This document shows, piece after piece, positions 17,983-27,813 of a stretch of DNA of 64,000 nucleotides (its first letter is position 1; each line of letters starts with the position of its first letter). Source of the stretch: Eubacteriales bacterium (lineage in GTDB: Bacteria > Bacillota > Clostridia > Christensenellales > Aristaeellaceae); the NCBI GenBank assembly GCA_031556815.1, contig JAVBSI010000024.1, forward strand, positions 469 to 64,468, given 5' to 3'. Below the pieces are notes generated by a model that made no database searches, was not told where the DNA came from, and saw nothing but the letters and a program-made list of their open reading frames with translations. Made by a program: the position numbers and the translations under genes.

Positions 17983-20253
17983 ATGAATGTTGACCAACTT
18001 ATTCAAAAGCTGAAAAAAGACCGTTCCTTTATGGATTGCGTCACCGCCTGGCAGGTGTTGCCCTCCCAGGAAGGCCGCTATACCGACTTTCCGGAAGAGA
18101 TGGACCCACGTATCAAGGAGGTGCTTCGCAAGCGAGGCATTCATAGACTATACGCCCACCAAGCGGAAAGCTTTTCCGCCGCTGAAAAGGGGCAGGATTT
18201 TGTGGTGGTCACCCCCACCGCCAGTGGCAAAACCCTCTGTTATAATCTGCCCGTGGTTTCCTCCATCTTACAAAACCCAGACTCTCGGGCCATTTACCTG
18301 TTCCCCACCAAGGCCTTGTCCGCGGATCAGGTGGCGGATTTGTACAGCTTCATCGAAGCCCTAGATGTGGATATCAAGGCCTATACCTATGACGGCGATA
18401 CCCAGGGCGCGGCCCGCAAGGCCATCCGGCAGGCAGGGCACATCGTTGTCACCAACCCGGACATGATGCATGCCAGCATTTTACCTCACCACACCAAATG
18501 GGTAAAATTGTTTGAAAACCTTAAATACATCGTCATTGACGAGATCCATACCTACCGGGGCATTTTCGGCAGCAATTTGGCCAATGTGCTACGGCGGCTG
18601 TTGCGCCTGTGCGCCTTTTATGGAGCCAAGCCTCAGTTCATCCTATGCAGCGCCACCATCGCCAACCCTGGCGAGTTGGCCGCGCTGTTGGTGGGGCACG
18701 ATGTTGCGCTCATCAACAACAACGGCGCGCCCATGGGTGAGCGGCACTTTGTGTTCTACAACCCGCCGGTCATCAACCGGCAGCTGGGCATTCGCAAAGG
18801 CGTTGTGCCCGAGACCCGGCATATCGCCGAGCAGCTTCTGAAAAACACCATCCCCACCATCGTTTTTGCCCGCAGCCGCCTCCAGGTGGAGGTGCTCACC
18901 CGCTACATGAAGGAGCATGTTCGCGACCCCCTTGGTTTTTCCGGGCGGGTACGCGGGTACCGGGGCGGTTATCTGCCCAGCGAGCGCCGGGAGATCGAGC
19001 GGGGTTTACGTGCCGGGGAAATCGATATGGTCATCTCCACCAATGCGCTGGAGTTGGGCATTGATATCGGCTCCTTAACCGCCTGCATCCTCTGCGGATA
19101 TCCCGGCACGGTGGCCAGCACCTGGCAGCAGGCAGGCAGGGCCGGCCGCCGCAAGGACACCGCGCTGACCGTTCTGGTGGCTTCCTCCGCTTCCATCGAC
19201 CAGTACATCATCAACCATCCAGAGTACTTTCTGTCCCGCTCTCCGGAGCATGCGCTGCTCCAGCCCAACAACCTTTATATCTTGCTTTCTCACATCAAAT
19301 GCTCCGCCTATGAGTTGCCCTTTGAAGAGGGCGAGCGCTTTGGCGATGTGATGGACACCCGGCATTTTTTGGAATTTCTTTGTGAAAACAGCACCCTGCG
19401 GCATGTGGACGGCAAGTATTATTGGATGGAGGAGGACTTCCCCGCCAGCGAAATCAGCCTTCGTTCCGCAGCGGCGGAGAACTTTGTGATTATCGACATT
19501 ACCGACCCGGCCCATCACCGGGTGATCGGTGAAATGGATCGCTTCACGGTGCCCATGCTGCTACACGAAAACGCCATCTACATGCACGAGGCACGACAGT
19601 TCCAAGTGGAAAAACTGGATTTTGACGCCTCCAAAGCCTTTATCCGCGCTGTGGATGTGGACTATTACACCGACGCGGATCTGAACGTGAGCCTGTCGAT
19701 TCTGGATCAACTCAATCAAAAAGCCCTGCCCGGGGATATCACGGTGACGCTTGGAGAGCTGAAAATCAGTACCATTGTAAAGCTTTTCAAAAAAATCAAG
19801 ATGGACACTCATGAAAACTTAGGCTTTGGCCCCGTGCGTCTGCCCCAGAGCGATATGCACACCGTGGGCATGTGGTGGACGGTGCCCCAGCGCATTGCCG
19901 GCCAGTTTTCCGATGATGCTTTTCAGGGAGCACTGCTGGCCATTGCCAACTTGCTGCGCATCGTTACCCCCATCTATCTGATGTGCGCCGCTAAGGACAT
20001 CTCCGTGGTTTACCAAGTAAAAGCGCCCATCACGGACATGCCGACCATCTTCCTGTATGACAGTTTCCCCGGCGGAATCGGGCTCAGCGAGAAAGCCTAC
20101 GAGATGCAGGATCTGTTGCTGGAACAGGCCCTTCAGGTACTAGAAGGATGCCCCTGCGACAGCGGATGCCCCAGCTGCACGGGGCCCATCGGGGAGGTAG
20201 GCCTGCATGGCAAGGCCTATGCCCGACAGATTATTAAAGGGCTGATGGGCTGA
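17983..20253 (+). CDS. mrfA: DEAD/DEAH-box helicase with C-terminal DUF1998 zinc module (MrfA/YprA type)
   Basis: 756 aa; Walker A TPTASGKT, DEIH box, SAT-like motif, and C-terminal CPCDSGCPSCTG typical of DUF1998. Followed by the MrfB-type exonuclease. Confidence 0.8.
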   Translation: MNVDQLIQKLKKDRSFMDCVTAWQVLPSQEGRYTDFPEEMDPRIKEVLRKRGIHRLYAHQAESFSAAEKGQDFVVVTPTASGKTLCYNLPVVSSILQNPDSRAIYLFPTKALSADQVADLYSFIEALDVDIKAYTYDGDTQGAARKAIRQAGHIVVTNPDMMHASILPHHTKWVKLFENLKYIVIDEIHTYRGIFGSNLANVLRRLLRLCAFYGAKPQFILCSATIANPGELAALLVGHDVALINNNGAPMGERHFVFYNPPVINRQLGIRKGVVPETRHIAEQLLKNTIPTIVFARSRLQVEVLTRYMKEHVRDPLGFSGRVRGYRGGYLPSERREIERGLRAGEIDMVISTNALELGIDIGSLTACILCGYPGTVASTWQQAGRAGRRKDTALTVLVASSASIDQYIINHPEYFLSRSPEHALLQPNNLYILLSHIKCSAYELPFEEGERFGDVMDTRHFLEFLCENSTLRHVDGKYYWMEEDFPASEISLRSAAAENFVIIDITDPAHHRVIGEMDRFTVPMLLHENAIYMHEARQFQVEKLDFDASKAFIRAVDVDYYTDADLNVSLSILDQLNQKALPGDITVTLGELKISTIVKLFKKIKMDTHENLGFGPVRLPQSDMHTVGMWWTVPQRIAGQFSDDAFQGALLAIANLLRIVTPIYLMCAAKDISVVYQVKAPITDMPTIFLYDSFPGGIGLSEKAYEMQDLLLEQALQVLEGCPCDSGCPSCTGPIGEVGLHGKAYARQIIKGLMG

Positions 20254-21434
20254 TGTCAAATCTACTTGACAAGTTGCGTCAGATGGATGCGGACACCCGC
20301 ATGCGGCCGGATGGCTCTACCAGCGAGCCCTCCCTTTCCCCTCACGCCGCCGCTCCGCAAGCGCAGACGCCTTTCCACCACATCCGGACGTCCTTTCCCC
20401 TCACGCTGTTTTGTGACCTTCGGCCTGCCCTCCACTCTCCCTTGTTGTCGCAGGTATTTAACGGGAATTTCCCCGCGCGGCTACAGGCTGAGGACTTTCT
20501 TTTTCTGGACACGGAGACTACCGGCTTATCCGGCGGCGTGGGCACGCTGGCCTTCCAGGTGGGACTTGGCTATATGGAGAATCAACACTTCGTTGTGGAG
20601 CAGTTTTTCATGCGGGATTACCACGAGGAGCCTTTGATGCTTCGGGAGCTTGCCGCCCGACTGTCCCGGTTTGCGGTTTTGGTAAGCTTCAATGGACGTA
20701 CTTTTGATGTGCCCCTGCTGCAAAGTCGCTTTCAGATGAACCGCCTGGATCTTGCATGCCTGTCCCTCCCCCACGCGGATTTACTATACCCGGCCCGCAG
20801 GCTGTGGAAGCTACGGCTGCAAAGCTGCCGGTTATCTCATCTGGAAGAAACGCTGCTGGGCATCACCCGCACGGACGACCTGCCCGGCGCGCAGGTGCCC
20901 CAAGTCTATTTCCGGTACCTGAAAGATCGCGTCTTTGAGCCCATCCAGCGGGTTTTATCCCATAACCGGCAAGACATCGTAAGCCTGGCCCAATTGTTCT
21001 TCTACTTGTGCCATCAATACGCCCGGCCGGAGGGGATCTCCCATGGGGAGGACTTGCTCTCCTTGGCGCGGTTTTTTGACCAAAAGGGACAGGATGCCCA
21101 GGCTACCAAGTGCTATCGGCTAAGTGCCCGCGGGACCACCCGTGCCCAGGCTTTTCAGGGTTTGGCTGCCCAGCAAAAACGCCAAGGCCAGACGGACCAT
21201 GCCATCCGGCTTTACACCGCTATGCTGCGCCGGGGGGAGGACCCCGCTTTTGCCTGCGAGGCTTTGGCCAAGCTGTATGAGCATCAAAAACGAGACGTGC
21301 AAAACGCGCTGCACTACACACGCCAAGCCCTGTTGCTGCTGAGCCAGCCGCGGTTGTTCCCGGTTGCCTCTGTACAAGAACGCAAAATTGCGTTACAATA
21401 CCGCTATGCGCGCCTGCAACGCAAACTGGGGTAG
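20253..21434 (+). CDS. mrfB: RNase H-like/DnaQ-fold exonuclease with TPR-like tail (MrfB/YprB type)
   Basis: FLDTETTGLS exonuclease motif I, HNRQDIVSL motif III, and a helical-repeat C-terminus. The start overlaps the mrfA stop by 1 nt. Confidence 0.7.
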   Translation: MSNLLDKLRQMDADTRMRPDGSTSEPSLSPHAAAPQAQTPFHHIRTSFPLTLFCDLRPALHSPLLSQVFNGNFPARLQAEDFLFLDTETTGLSGGVGTLAFQVGLGYMENQHFVVEQFFMRDYHEEPLMLRELAARLSRFAVLVSFNGRTFDVPLLQSRFQMNRLDLACLSLPHADLLYPARRLWKLRLQSCRLSHLEETLLGITRTDDLPGAQVPQVYFRYLKDRVFEPIQRVLSHNRQDIVSLAQLFFYLCHQYARPEGISHGEDLLSLARFFDQKGQDAQATKCYRLSARGTTRAQAFQGLAAQQKRQGQTDHAIRLYTAMLRRGEDPAFACEALAKLYEHQKRDVQNALHYTRQALLLLSQPRLFPVASVQERKIALQYRYARLQRKLG

Positions 21435-21459
21435 CGCTATCTGTCAAGGAGGTTCTACA

Positions 21460-22143
21460 ATGGGTATTAAAACGATCCTAAACGCCCGCCAGGCATCCAA
21501 TTTGCAAAGCAAGGGAGATGTGGAGGGCGCCATCAAGCTTTATCAGAAGGCTCTGGACGAAGGCCTAACCGAGACGCGATACATCCTGAGCTATTCAGTG
21601 CTCTTGCTGCGCACAGGGAAATTTCAGGAGGCCCGGGAACTTCTGGTCAAGTTCCAAAAAGCCCCCATGACGGAGGATCAGCGCGTCACGCTGCATGTGA
21701 ATTATGCCTGTGCGGTCTATAAACTGGGCGATTTGCAAAAAGCGATCGACGTGCTGGAGCGCATCCATGCCAAGTCGCCCTGTGGCATCGTTTATGAGAC
21801 ACTGGGCTATCTGTACATTGAGGCAGGCGATGCGGAAAAAGCCCTGGCTTATAACCAGGAGGCCCTGGAGTACGACGATGAAGACACCATCACCCTGGAC
21901 AACTTGGCCCAGACCTACTACCGCCTGAAGAAGAACAAATCAGCCGCCAAGGAATACTTCGACAAAGCCCATGCCCTCAAACCCGCTCAGATCGACACGC
22001 TGTATTTTTTGGCACAGTATGATAAAGAAGACGGTAACAAGGACGCCGCCAAGCAAAAGCTAGAAACCATCTTGAAAGGGCGGTTTTCGCCGTTGAATTT
22101 TGCCAGCAAAGAAAAAGTTGACAAGCTGCTGGCGGAGTTGTAA
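21460..22143 (+). CDS. Tetratricopeptide-repeat protein
   Basis: 227 aa from MGIKTILNARQ; repeated A-x-x-x-Y-x-x-A-L...P helix pairs. AAGGAGG lies 7 nt upstream of the ATG at 21460 (ORF track start 21364). Confidence 0.7.
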   Translation: MGIKTILNARQASNLQSKGDVEGAIKLYQKALDEGLTETRYILSYSVLLLRTGKFQEARELLVKFQKAPMTEDQRVTLHVNYACAVYKLGDLQKAIDVLERIHAKSPCGIVYETLGYLYIEAGDAEKALAYNQEALEYDDEDTITLDNLAQTYYRLKKNKSAAKEYFDKAHALKPAQIDTLYFLAQYDKEDGNKDAAKQKLETILKGRFSPLNFASKEKVDKLLAEL

Positions 22144-22198
22144 GGCCTCCCACCCTTCCGGATTGCTGAAAAGACAATACATGCGAACCTTTTTCCCG

Positions 22199-22227
22199 CG
22201 CCGCTTTACAGTGGCGTTTTTCTTTTT
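22199..22227 (+). terminator. Intrinsic terminator after the TPR gene
   Basis: CGCCGCT-TTAC-AGTGGCG (one G-U pair) followed by TTTTTCTTTTT. Confidence 0.65.
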
Positions 22228-22279
22228 GTGTAACCCATTGACACCCTCATCGCTTTATGGTTTAATAATGTCTGTTTCG

Positions 22280-22300
22280 AAGTTTACCAAAGCTAAACTT
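22280..22300. promoter_or_regulatory. Candidate operator palindrome AAGTTTA-N7-TAAACTT
   Basis: Perfect 7-bp inverted repeat between a TTGACA-containing promoter region (about 22239) and the regulator start. Plausible autoregulatory site for the XRE/cupin regulator. Confidence 0.4.
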
Positions 22301-22331
22301 TTTGCAAAAACAAACGGTCGGAGGTGGAGCC

Positions 22332-22874
22332 TTGAACATCGGTCCAAAGCTTCGTGCGCTTCGCATCCAGCGCAATCTTACCCAGGAGGAACTGGCGGAT
22401 CGCTGCGAGCTCAGCAAGGGTTTCATTTCGCAGGTAGAGCGGGATCAAGCCTCCCCCTCCATCGCCACGTTAACCGATTTGCTGGAATGCCTGGGCAGCA
22501 GCCTCCCTGCTTTTTTTTCGGAGGATCGCAAGGAAAAGGTGGTTTATGCGCCGCAAGATATGTTTGAAAAAGCGGACGATGAAAACCAGCGAGGCAAGAT
22601 TACTTGGCTGGTGCCGGACGCCCAGAAAAATACCATGGAGCCGATCTTATTGGAGTTGAAGCCGGGCAGTGCCTCCCAAGAGCTTCCGCCCCATGAGGGG
22701 GAGGAGTTTGGCTATGTGCTTCAGGGCCAGGTAAGGCTGCGGGCAGGAAAGCGGAACTTCACAGTGCGCCAAGGATACAGCTTTTGTCTGCATCCATCTA
22801 CTACCCACTCTTTGGAAAATACAGGCAAAGCCATTGCTACCGTTTTATGGGTCTCCACGCCTCCCAGTTTTTAA
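22332..22874 (+). CDS. XRE-family HTH plus cupin transcriptional regulator (PuuR-like)
   Basis: The HTH_3 region IGPKLRALRIQRNLTQEELADRCELSKGFISQVERD and the C-terminal cupin (HEGEEFGYVLQG...H) match the PuuR architecture. TTG at 22332 follows GGAGGTGGAG. The alternative ORF track start is 22302. Confidence 0.8.
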   Translation: MNIGPKLRALRIQRNLTQEELADRCELSKGFISQVERDQASPSIATLTDLLECLGSSLPAFFSEDRKEKVVYAPQDMFEKADDENQRGKITWLVPDAQKNTMEPILLELKPGSASQELPPHEGEEFGYVLQGQVRLRAGKRNFTVRQGYSFCLHPSTTHSLENTGKAIATVLWVSTPPSF

Positions 22875-22898
22875 TGCATCATAAAGGAGCGCACTTTT

Positions 22899-24005
22899 AT
22901 GGTTGAAAGCATGCATCTCATCGATCTAAAGGGCATCTCCAAAGAGTTTGACGGCACCCAGGTCCTTAATGACATCGATCTGTATATTCGCAAAAGAGAA
23001 TTTGTCACCTTGCTGGGGCCCAGCGGCTGCGGTAAGACCACCACGTTGCGCATCATTGCGGGTTTTGAATACCCCACCAGTGGCAAGGTGCTCTTTGAGG
23101 GCCGGGACATTACCGATGTCCCCCCCTACAAGCGCAAGGTGAACACCATTTTTCAAAAATATGCGCTGTTTCCGCACATGAACGTACAGGACAACATCGC
23201 TTTTGGTCTTAAAATTGCGAAAGTGCCCCGGGATGAGATCAAGCGCCGGGTCAACAAAATGCTGGAACTGGTGAACCTGAAGGGCTATGGCCGGCGCAAC
23301 GTGGAAGCCCTGTCCGGTGGACAGCAACAGCGGGTGGCCATTGCCCGGGCACTGATTAACCAGCCGGAGGTCTTGCTGCTGGACGAACCCCTGGGTGCGC
23401 TTGATTTGAAACTCCGCACGGAAATGCAGCTGGAGTTGAAAAACATGCAGCAGAGGCTAGGCATCACCTTTCTGTATGTGACCCACGACCAGGAGGAAGC
23501 CCTCACCATGAGCGACACGGTGGTGGTGATGCGGGACGGCAACATCTTGCAGATTGGCACCCCCAAAAAAATCTACGATGAACCCGCCAATGCCTTTGTG
23601 GCGGATTTTATCGGTGAAAGCAACATTCTGCGGGGCACCATGATTGAGGATGAGCTGGTGCATTTCAGCGGCTATGATTTTCCTTGTGTGGACAGCGGGT
23701 TTGGAGAGAATACCCCTGTGGATGTGGTGGTGCGCCCCGAGGATATCATGATTGTGGGCGAAGACATCGGTCAGGTTCGCGGCACAGTGCAAAGCGTGCT
23801 CTTTAAGGGCGTGCATTATGAGATGATGATCGATGCCGGAGAGACCGTTTTTAAGGTACATTCCACTGTGATGCAACCCCAAGATTCCCATGTGGGGTTG
23901 TCCATCGTGCCCTATAATATCCACATCATGAAACCCATGGAAGCATCGCTCCCCGATAACGAGCATCCTTCTCCAGAGCCCCTAGGCGAAGGAGGCGAAG
24001 CATGA
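22899..24005 (+). CDS. potA: Spermidine/putrescine ABC transporter ATP-binding protein
   Basis: Walker [25 protein letters not shown] and a PotA-type C-terminal regulatory domain. Followed by potBCD. Confidence 0.9.
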   Translation: MVESMHLIDLKGISKEFDGTQVLNDIDLYIRKREFVTLLGPSGCGKTTTLRIIAGFEYPTSGKVLFEGRDITDVPPYKRKVNTIFQKYALFPHMNVQDNIAFGLKIAKVPRDEIKRRVNKMLELVNLKGYGRRNVEALSGGQQQRVAIARALINQPEVLLLDEPLGALDLKLRTEMQLELKNMQQRLGITFLYVTHDQEEALTMSDTVVVMRDGNILQIGTPKKIYDEPANAFVADFIGESNILRGTMIEDELVHFSGYDFPCVDSGFGENTPVDVVVRPEDIMIVGEDIGQVRGTVQSVLFKGVHYEMMIDAGETVFKVHSTVMQPQDSHVGLSIVPYNIHIMKPMEASLPDNEHPSPEPLGEGGEA

Positions 24006-24006
24006 C

Positions 24007-24996
24007 ATGACCCGCGGCCTGCTCCTTCCCTCCTGGTCCCTATGGGTCTTGGGACTGGGCTTCCTTGCTTTTGTGGCGCTCGTTGTCTTTTCCGTCCGCA
24101 AGAACCACGGCATCAAGCGGTCCTTTTTCGCCTCACCGTACACGGTATGGATGGTGATCTTCACCCTCATTCCGGTGCTGCTCATCGGTTATTACGCCTT
24201 TACGGATAACGCCGGCATCTTTACGGCGGACAATTTTGCCAACTTCTGGGACAGCAACTATACCGTCAACCAAATGTACACGGAAATGGGGCCGGAGTTT
24301 GCCTCCCTGATGGAGCATGGCACGGTGAATATCGACGTGCTGATCTACTCCATCTGGATGGCGTTTCTTTGTACCGTAATTTGTTTGGTGATGGGCTATC
24401 CGGCGGCCTATTTTATGACAGACCGAAAAATGAAGATGGGCGCCACTTTGGTGGTGTTATTCATCATTCCCATGTGGATGAACTTTCTGCTTCGCACCAT
24501 CGCCTGGATGACCCTTCTGGAGGACTCTGGTCTCATCAATACCATATTGAAAACCCTGGGCCTGGCGCCCGCTCACCTAATGTACAATGACGGGGCAGTG
24601 CTGCTGGGGATGGTGTATAACTTCCTGCCCTTTATGGTATTCCCCGTCTACACCTCCCTGAACAAAATGGACGGTAAATTGCTGGAGGCTGCCCAGGACC
24701 TTGGCGCCAACCCGGCCCGTACCTTCTCCCGAGTCACCTTTCCCCTGAGCCTGCCCGGTGTGGTCTCGGGCATCACCATGGTGTTCATGCCTTCAATAAC
24801 CACGTTTTTTATCCCCCGCATCTTGGGCGGCGGCAACACCATGATGTTCGGCGATTTGATCGAGAATAAATTTCTTACCGAAAACAACTGGGGCGTAGGC
24901 AGCGCGCTATCGTTGGTGATGATGGTGCTTATCCTCATCAGCCTCAGCGTCCTGCGTAAGGTAGATCCTGAAGGGGAAGGAGGCGGCATCGTATGA
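24007..24996 (+). CDS. potB: Spermidine/putrescine ABC transporter permease
   Basis: Polytopic; EAA-loop region LLEAAQDLGANPARTFSRVTFPLSLPG. Confidence 0.85.
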   Translation: MTRGLLLPSWSLWVLGLGFLAFVALVVFSVRKNHGIKRSFFASPYTVWMVIFTLIPVLLIGYYAFTDNAGIFTADNFANFWDSNYTVNQMYTEMGPEFASLMEHGTVNIDVLIYSIWMAFLCTVICLVMGYPAAYFMTDRKMKMGATLVVLFIIPMWMNFLLRTIAWMTLLEDSGLINTILKTLGLAPAHLMYNDGAVLLGMVYNFLPFMVFPVYTSLNKMDGKLLEAAQDLGANPARTFSRVTFPLSLPGVVSGITMVFMPSITTFFIPRILGGGNTMMFGDLIENKFLTENNWGVGSALSLVMMVLILISLSVLRKVDPEGEGGGIV

Positions 24997-25778
24997 AGCG
25001 GTTTTTGCAGCGGAGCTATCTATCGCTGGTGTTGCTGTTTTTATACCTGCCCATCGCCGTGTTGATTGTGCAGAGCTTTAACGCGGGCAAAAGCCGCGCC
25101 AAGTGGGAAGGGCTGTCCCTTAAATGGTATCAGGCGCTGCTTCAGGATCAGGCTATCATGAAAGCTCTCTATGTAACCCTATCCGTTGCGGTCATCGCCG
25201 CCATTGTGGCCACCATCTTAGGCACGTTGGCCGCCATCGGCATTCATGCCATGAAAAAACGCCCGCAAGGCGTGATGATGACCATCACCAACCTGCCCAT
25301 GACCATGCCCGACATCGTCACCGGTATCTCGCTGATGATCCTGTTCACCTTTTCCAAGATTGAGCGGGGCTATGGCACCATGTTGTTGGCTCATATCACC
25401 TTCAACACCCCCTACGTGATCCTGTCGGTGCTTCCCAAGCTGAAACAGATGAACAAACATACCTATGAGGCCGCGCTGGATTTGGGCGCTACGCCCACCT
25501 ATACATTGCTGCATGTGATTTTGCCGGAAATCAGCCCCGGGGTGGTCACCGGCGCGCTGCTGGCTTTCACCCTATCCTTGGACGATTTTGTCATCAGCTA
25601 TTTCACTACCAGTCCTATGGTGCAAAATCTGTCCACGCTGATTTACTCCAAGGCGCGCATTGGCATTGAGCCTACCCTGAACGCTTTAAGCGCCTTAATG
25701 TTTTTGGCCCTGTTGCTTTTGCTGCTCCTCGTTAACCGCCGAAGCAGCATGCCCGCCAAGGTAAAGGAATCCCTATAA
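24993..25778 (+). CDS. potC: Spermidine/putrescine ABC transporter permease
   Basis: EAA-loop YEAALDLGATPTYTLLHVILPEISPG; 4-nt overlap with potB. Confidence 0.85.
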   Translation: MKRFLQRSYLSLVLLFLYLPIAVLIVQSFNAGKSRAKWEGLSLKWYQALLQDQAIMKALYVTLSVAVIAAIVATILGTLAAIGIHAMKKRPQGVMMTITNLPMTMPDIVTGISLMILFTFSKIERGYGTMLLAHITFNTPYVILSVLPKLKQMNKHTYEAALDLGATPTYTLLHVILPEISPGVVTGALLAFTLSLDDFVISYFTTSPMVQNLSTLIYSKARIGIEPTLNALSALMFLALLLLLLLVNRRSSMPAKVKESL

Positions 25779-25800
25779 TCCAAGCAAGGAGGAACCCATC

Positions 25801-26847
25801 ATGATTAAAACCGCCATTCACGTCACCTGCTTGGCCCTGGCCCTGCTGTTGATCCCCCTATATGCCTTTGCGGAAGGGGTGGTCAACATCTTCAACTGGG
25901 AGGATTACATCAGCCAAGACGCTCTGGAAAAGTTTACGCAGGAGACAGACATCAGCGTCAACATGATGAACTTTACCACCAACGAGGACATGATGGTGCA
26001 GCTTCGCATCTCGCCCTCCTCGTTTGACGTGGTATTTCCCTCGGATTACTGTGTGGAGCGCCTGGTAAGTGAAAACCTGCTGGAAGAAATTGATTTTTCC
26101 AAGGTGCCGGATTTTCAATACATTGATCCCAATTTGAAAACCCCAAGCTATGACAAGGATGGAAAATACTCCGTGCCCTATATGTGGGGTACCGTGGGCA
26201 TTTTGTATAACAGCAAACTGGTGGACGGCCCGATCACCAGCTGGGCTTCGCTGTTTGACCCCAAGTATCAGAACAATGTGTTCATGATGGATTCCATCCG
26301 GGACACCATGGGCATCACCCTGAAATACCTGGGCTATTCCATGAACACCCGGGATCCTTTTCAGATCAACGCTGCTGCTGAAACCCTCATCAAGCAGAAA
26401 AAAGACGGCATCGTGAAAGCCTACCAGGTGGATGAAACCAAGGATAAAATGGTGGCGGGCGAGGCTGCCCTGGCCCTGATGTGGAGTGGGGACGCCCAGT
26501 ATGCCATCGATTTGAACCCGGATTTGGTCTATGTGCTGCCCCAAGAAGGAAGCAACATCTGGGTGGATGCCATGGTGATCCCCAAGGGGGCCAAGAACAA
26601 GGATAATGCGGAAACCTTCATCAACTTCATGTGCCGCCCAGACATTGCGCAGATGAACTGCAACGAGATTTGGTACTCCACCCCCAATGTTGAGGCCGTC
26701 AAGCTGATGGGCGACGACTATGTGAATAACACCACCATGAACCCCCCCCAGGAGTTCCTTGACCGCTGCGAATTTTTCAATGACATCGAAGAGAAATTTT
26801 TGCCCATCTATAACACCATGTGGCAGAAGGTCAAAAGCCCGATCTAA
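25801..26847 (+). CDS. potD: Spermidine/putrescine-binding protein
   Basis: 348 aa; the PotD/PotF family pattern (NIFNWEDYI, VPYMWGTVGILYN, WVDAMVIPKGAKN). Type-I-like signal peptide ...PLYAFA/EG without a lipobox. Confidence 0.85.
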   Translation: MIKTAIHVTCLALALLLIPLYAFAEGVVNIFNWEDYISQDALEKFTQETDISVNMMNFTTNEDMMVQLRISPSSFDVVFPSDYCVERLVSENLLEEIDFSKVPDFQYIDPNLKTPSYDKDGKYSVPYMWGTVGILYNSKLVDGPITSWASLFDPKYQNNVFMMDSIRDTMGITLKYLGYSMNTRDPFQINAAAETLIKQKKDGIVKAYQVDETKDKMVAGEAALALMWSGDAQYAIDLNPDLVYVLPQEGSNIWVDAMVIPKGAKNKDNAETFINFMCRPDIAQMNCNEIWYSTPNVEAVKLMGDDYVNNTTMNPPQEFLDRCEFFNDIEEKFLPIYNTMWQKVKSPI

Positions 26848-26865
26848 GCAATCTCTTGGTTCTAC

Positions 26866-26898
26866 AAAAGCCCCTGGCATGTGTTCCAGGGGCTTTTG
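26866..26898 (+). terminator. Intrinsic terminator after potD
   Basis: AAAAGCCCCTGG-8 nt-CCAGGGGCTTTT, a 12-bp stem with a T-run. Confidence 0.8.
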
Positions 26899-27047
26899 AT
26901 TGCATAAAGCAGCGCTGGTTTCGCCTTGCTTCCCATCGTATGGCGCACCCAAAAATCCAAGTTTTTCTATGGAAAAGAAGGAATGCAGATACATGGACTG
27001 GAATAAACATAAAAATGAATGTAACCCGCTTGAAAGGAGGGACTATC

Positions 27048-27797
27048 ATGGACGTGATTCCGGTCATTGGCATCTCCGGCAGCATCAAACCTGACGAAAG
27101 CCAGCTGTATCTGCCCAGGGAGTATATGGCGGCGGTCTTGGCAACCGGTGGCATCCCGATGCTCCTGAGCCCGGACATGGATGAGGACAGGCTTGCCCTA
27201 TGCTTGTCGCATCTGCACGGGGTACTGCTGACTGGCGGTGGAGATATTGCGCCGCGGCTATATCATGCCATGCCTCAACAAGGCCTGGGCGAAGTTTCTC
27301 CTTTGCGGGATGGCTTTGAGCTGCCTTTGGTCCGTGCTTGTCACGAAAGACAAATACCCGTGCTGGGCATCTGCCGTGGCATCCAGGTGATGAATGTGGC
27401 CCTGGGCGGTACCCTCTGTCAGGATCTGGCCACCCAGTTTCTTGGCCCCAGCGAATCCAAAACCCCGATGCTCCACAACCAGACGTCCCCTGGCCAGTAC
27501 TCAAGTCACTCCATCCATATCGACAAAGGCTCCAACCTGTTTGCCATTGTGCATGAGACGATGATTCATGTCAATTCTTTCCACCACCAGGCCGTTGAAA
27601 GGGTAGCCCCATCGCTTCAGACCAGCAGCATGGCCCCCGACGGCGTGGTGGAAGCTGTGGAAGATGCGGCCCTTCCGTTTTTTTTGGGTGTGCAATGGCA
27701 CCCGGAGCGCATGTATCGCACGGATGAGTTCGCCTACGCTCTCTTTTTAACCTTTGTCCGGGCGGCCGGCGCCTACGCTATGAACCGGAATCTATAA
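27048..27797 (+). CDS. Gamma-glutamyl-gamma-aminobutyrate hydrolase family (peptidase C26, class-I glutamine amidotransferase; PuuD-like)
   Basis: From MDVIPVIGISGS; the nucleophile elbow GICRGIQ and the FLGVQWHPE motif. AAAGGAGG RBS (ORF track start 26820 rejected). Confidence 0.8.
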   Translation: MDVIPVIGISGSIKPDESQLYLPREYMAAVLATGGIPMLLSPDMDEDRLALCLSHLHGVLLTGGGDIAPRLYHAMPQQGLGEVSPLRDGFELPLVRACHERQIPVLGICRGIQVMNVALGGTLCQDLATQFLGPSESKTPMLHNQTSPGQYSSHSIHIDKGSNLFAIVHETMIHVNSFHHQAVERVAPSLQTSSMAPDGVVEAVEDAALPFFLGVQWHPERMYRTDEFAYALFLTFVRAAGAYAMNRNL

Positions 27798-27813
27798 AGG
27801 AAAGAGGCAAAAG

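Noticed and set aside
25858-26994. 378-aa ORF antisense to potD
   Set aside because: Antisense shadow ORF. The PotD homology and signal peptide are on the plus strand.
26820-27047. 5' extension of the PuuD-like ORF across the potD terminator
   Set aside because: It contains the potD stop region and a 12-bp terminator stem. The conserved amidotransferase N-terminus and RBS are at 27048.
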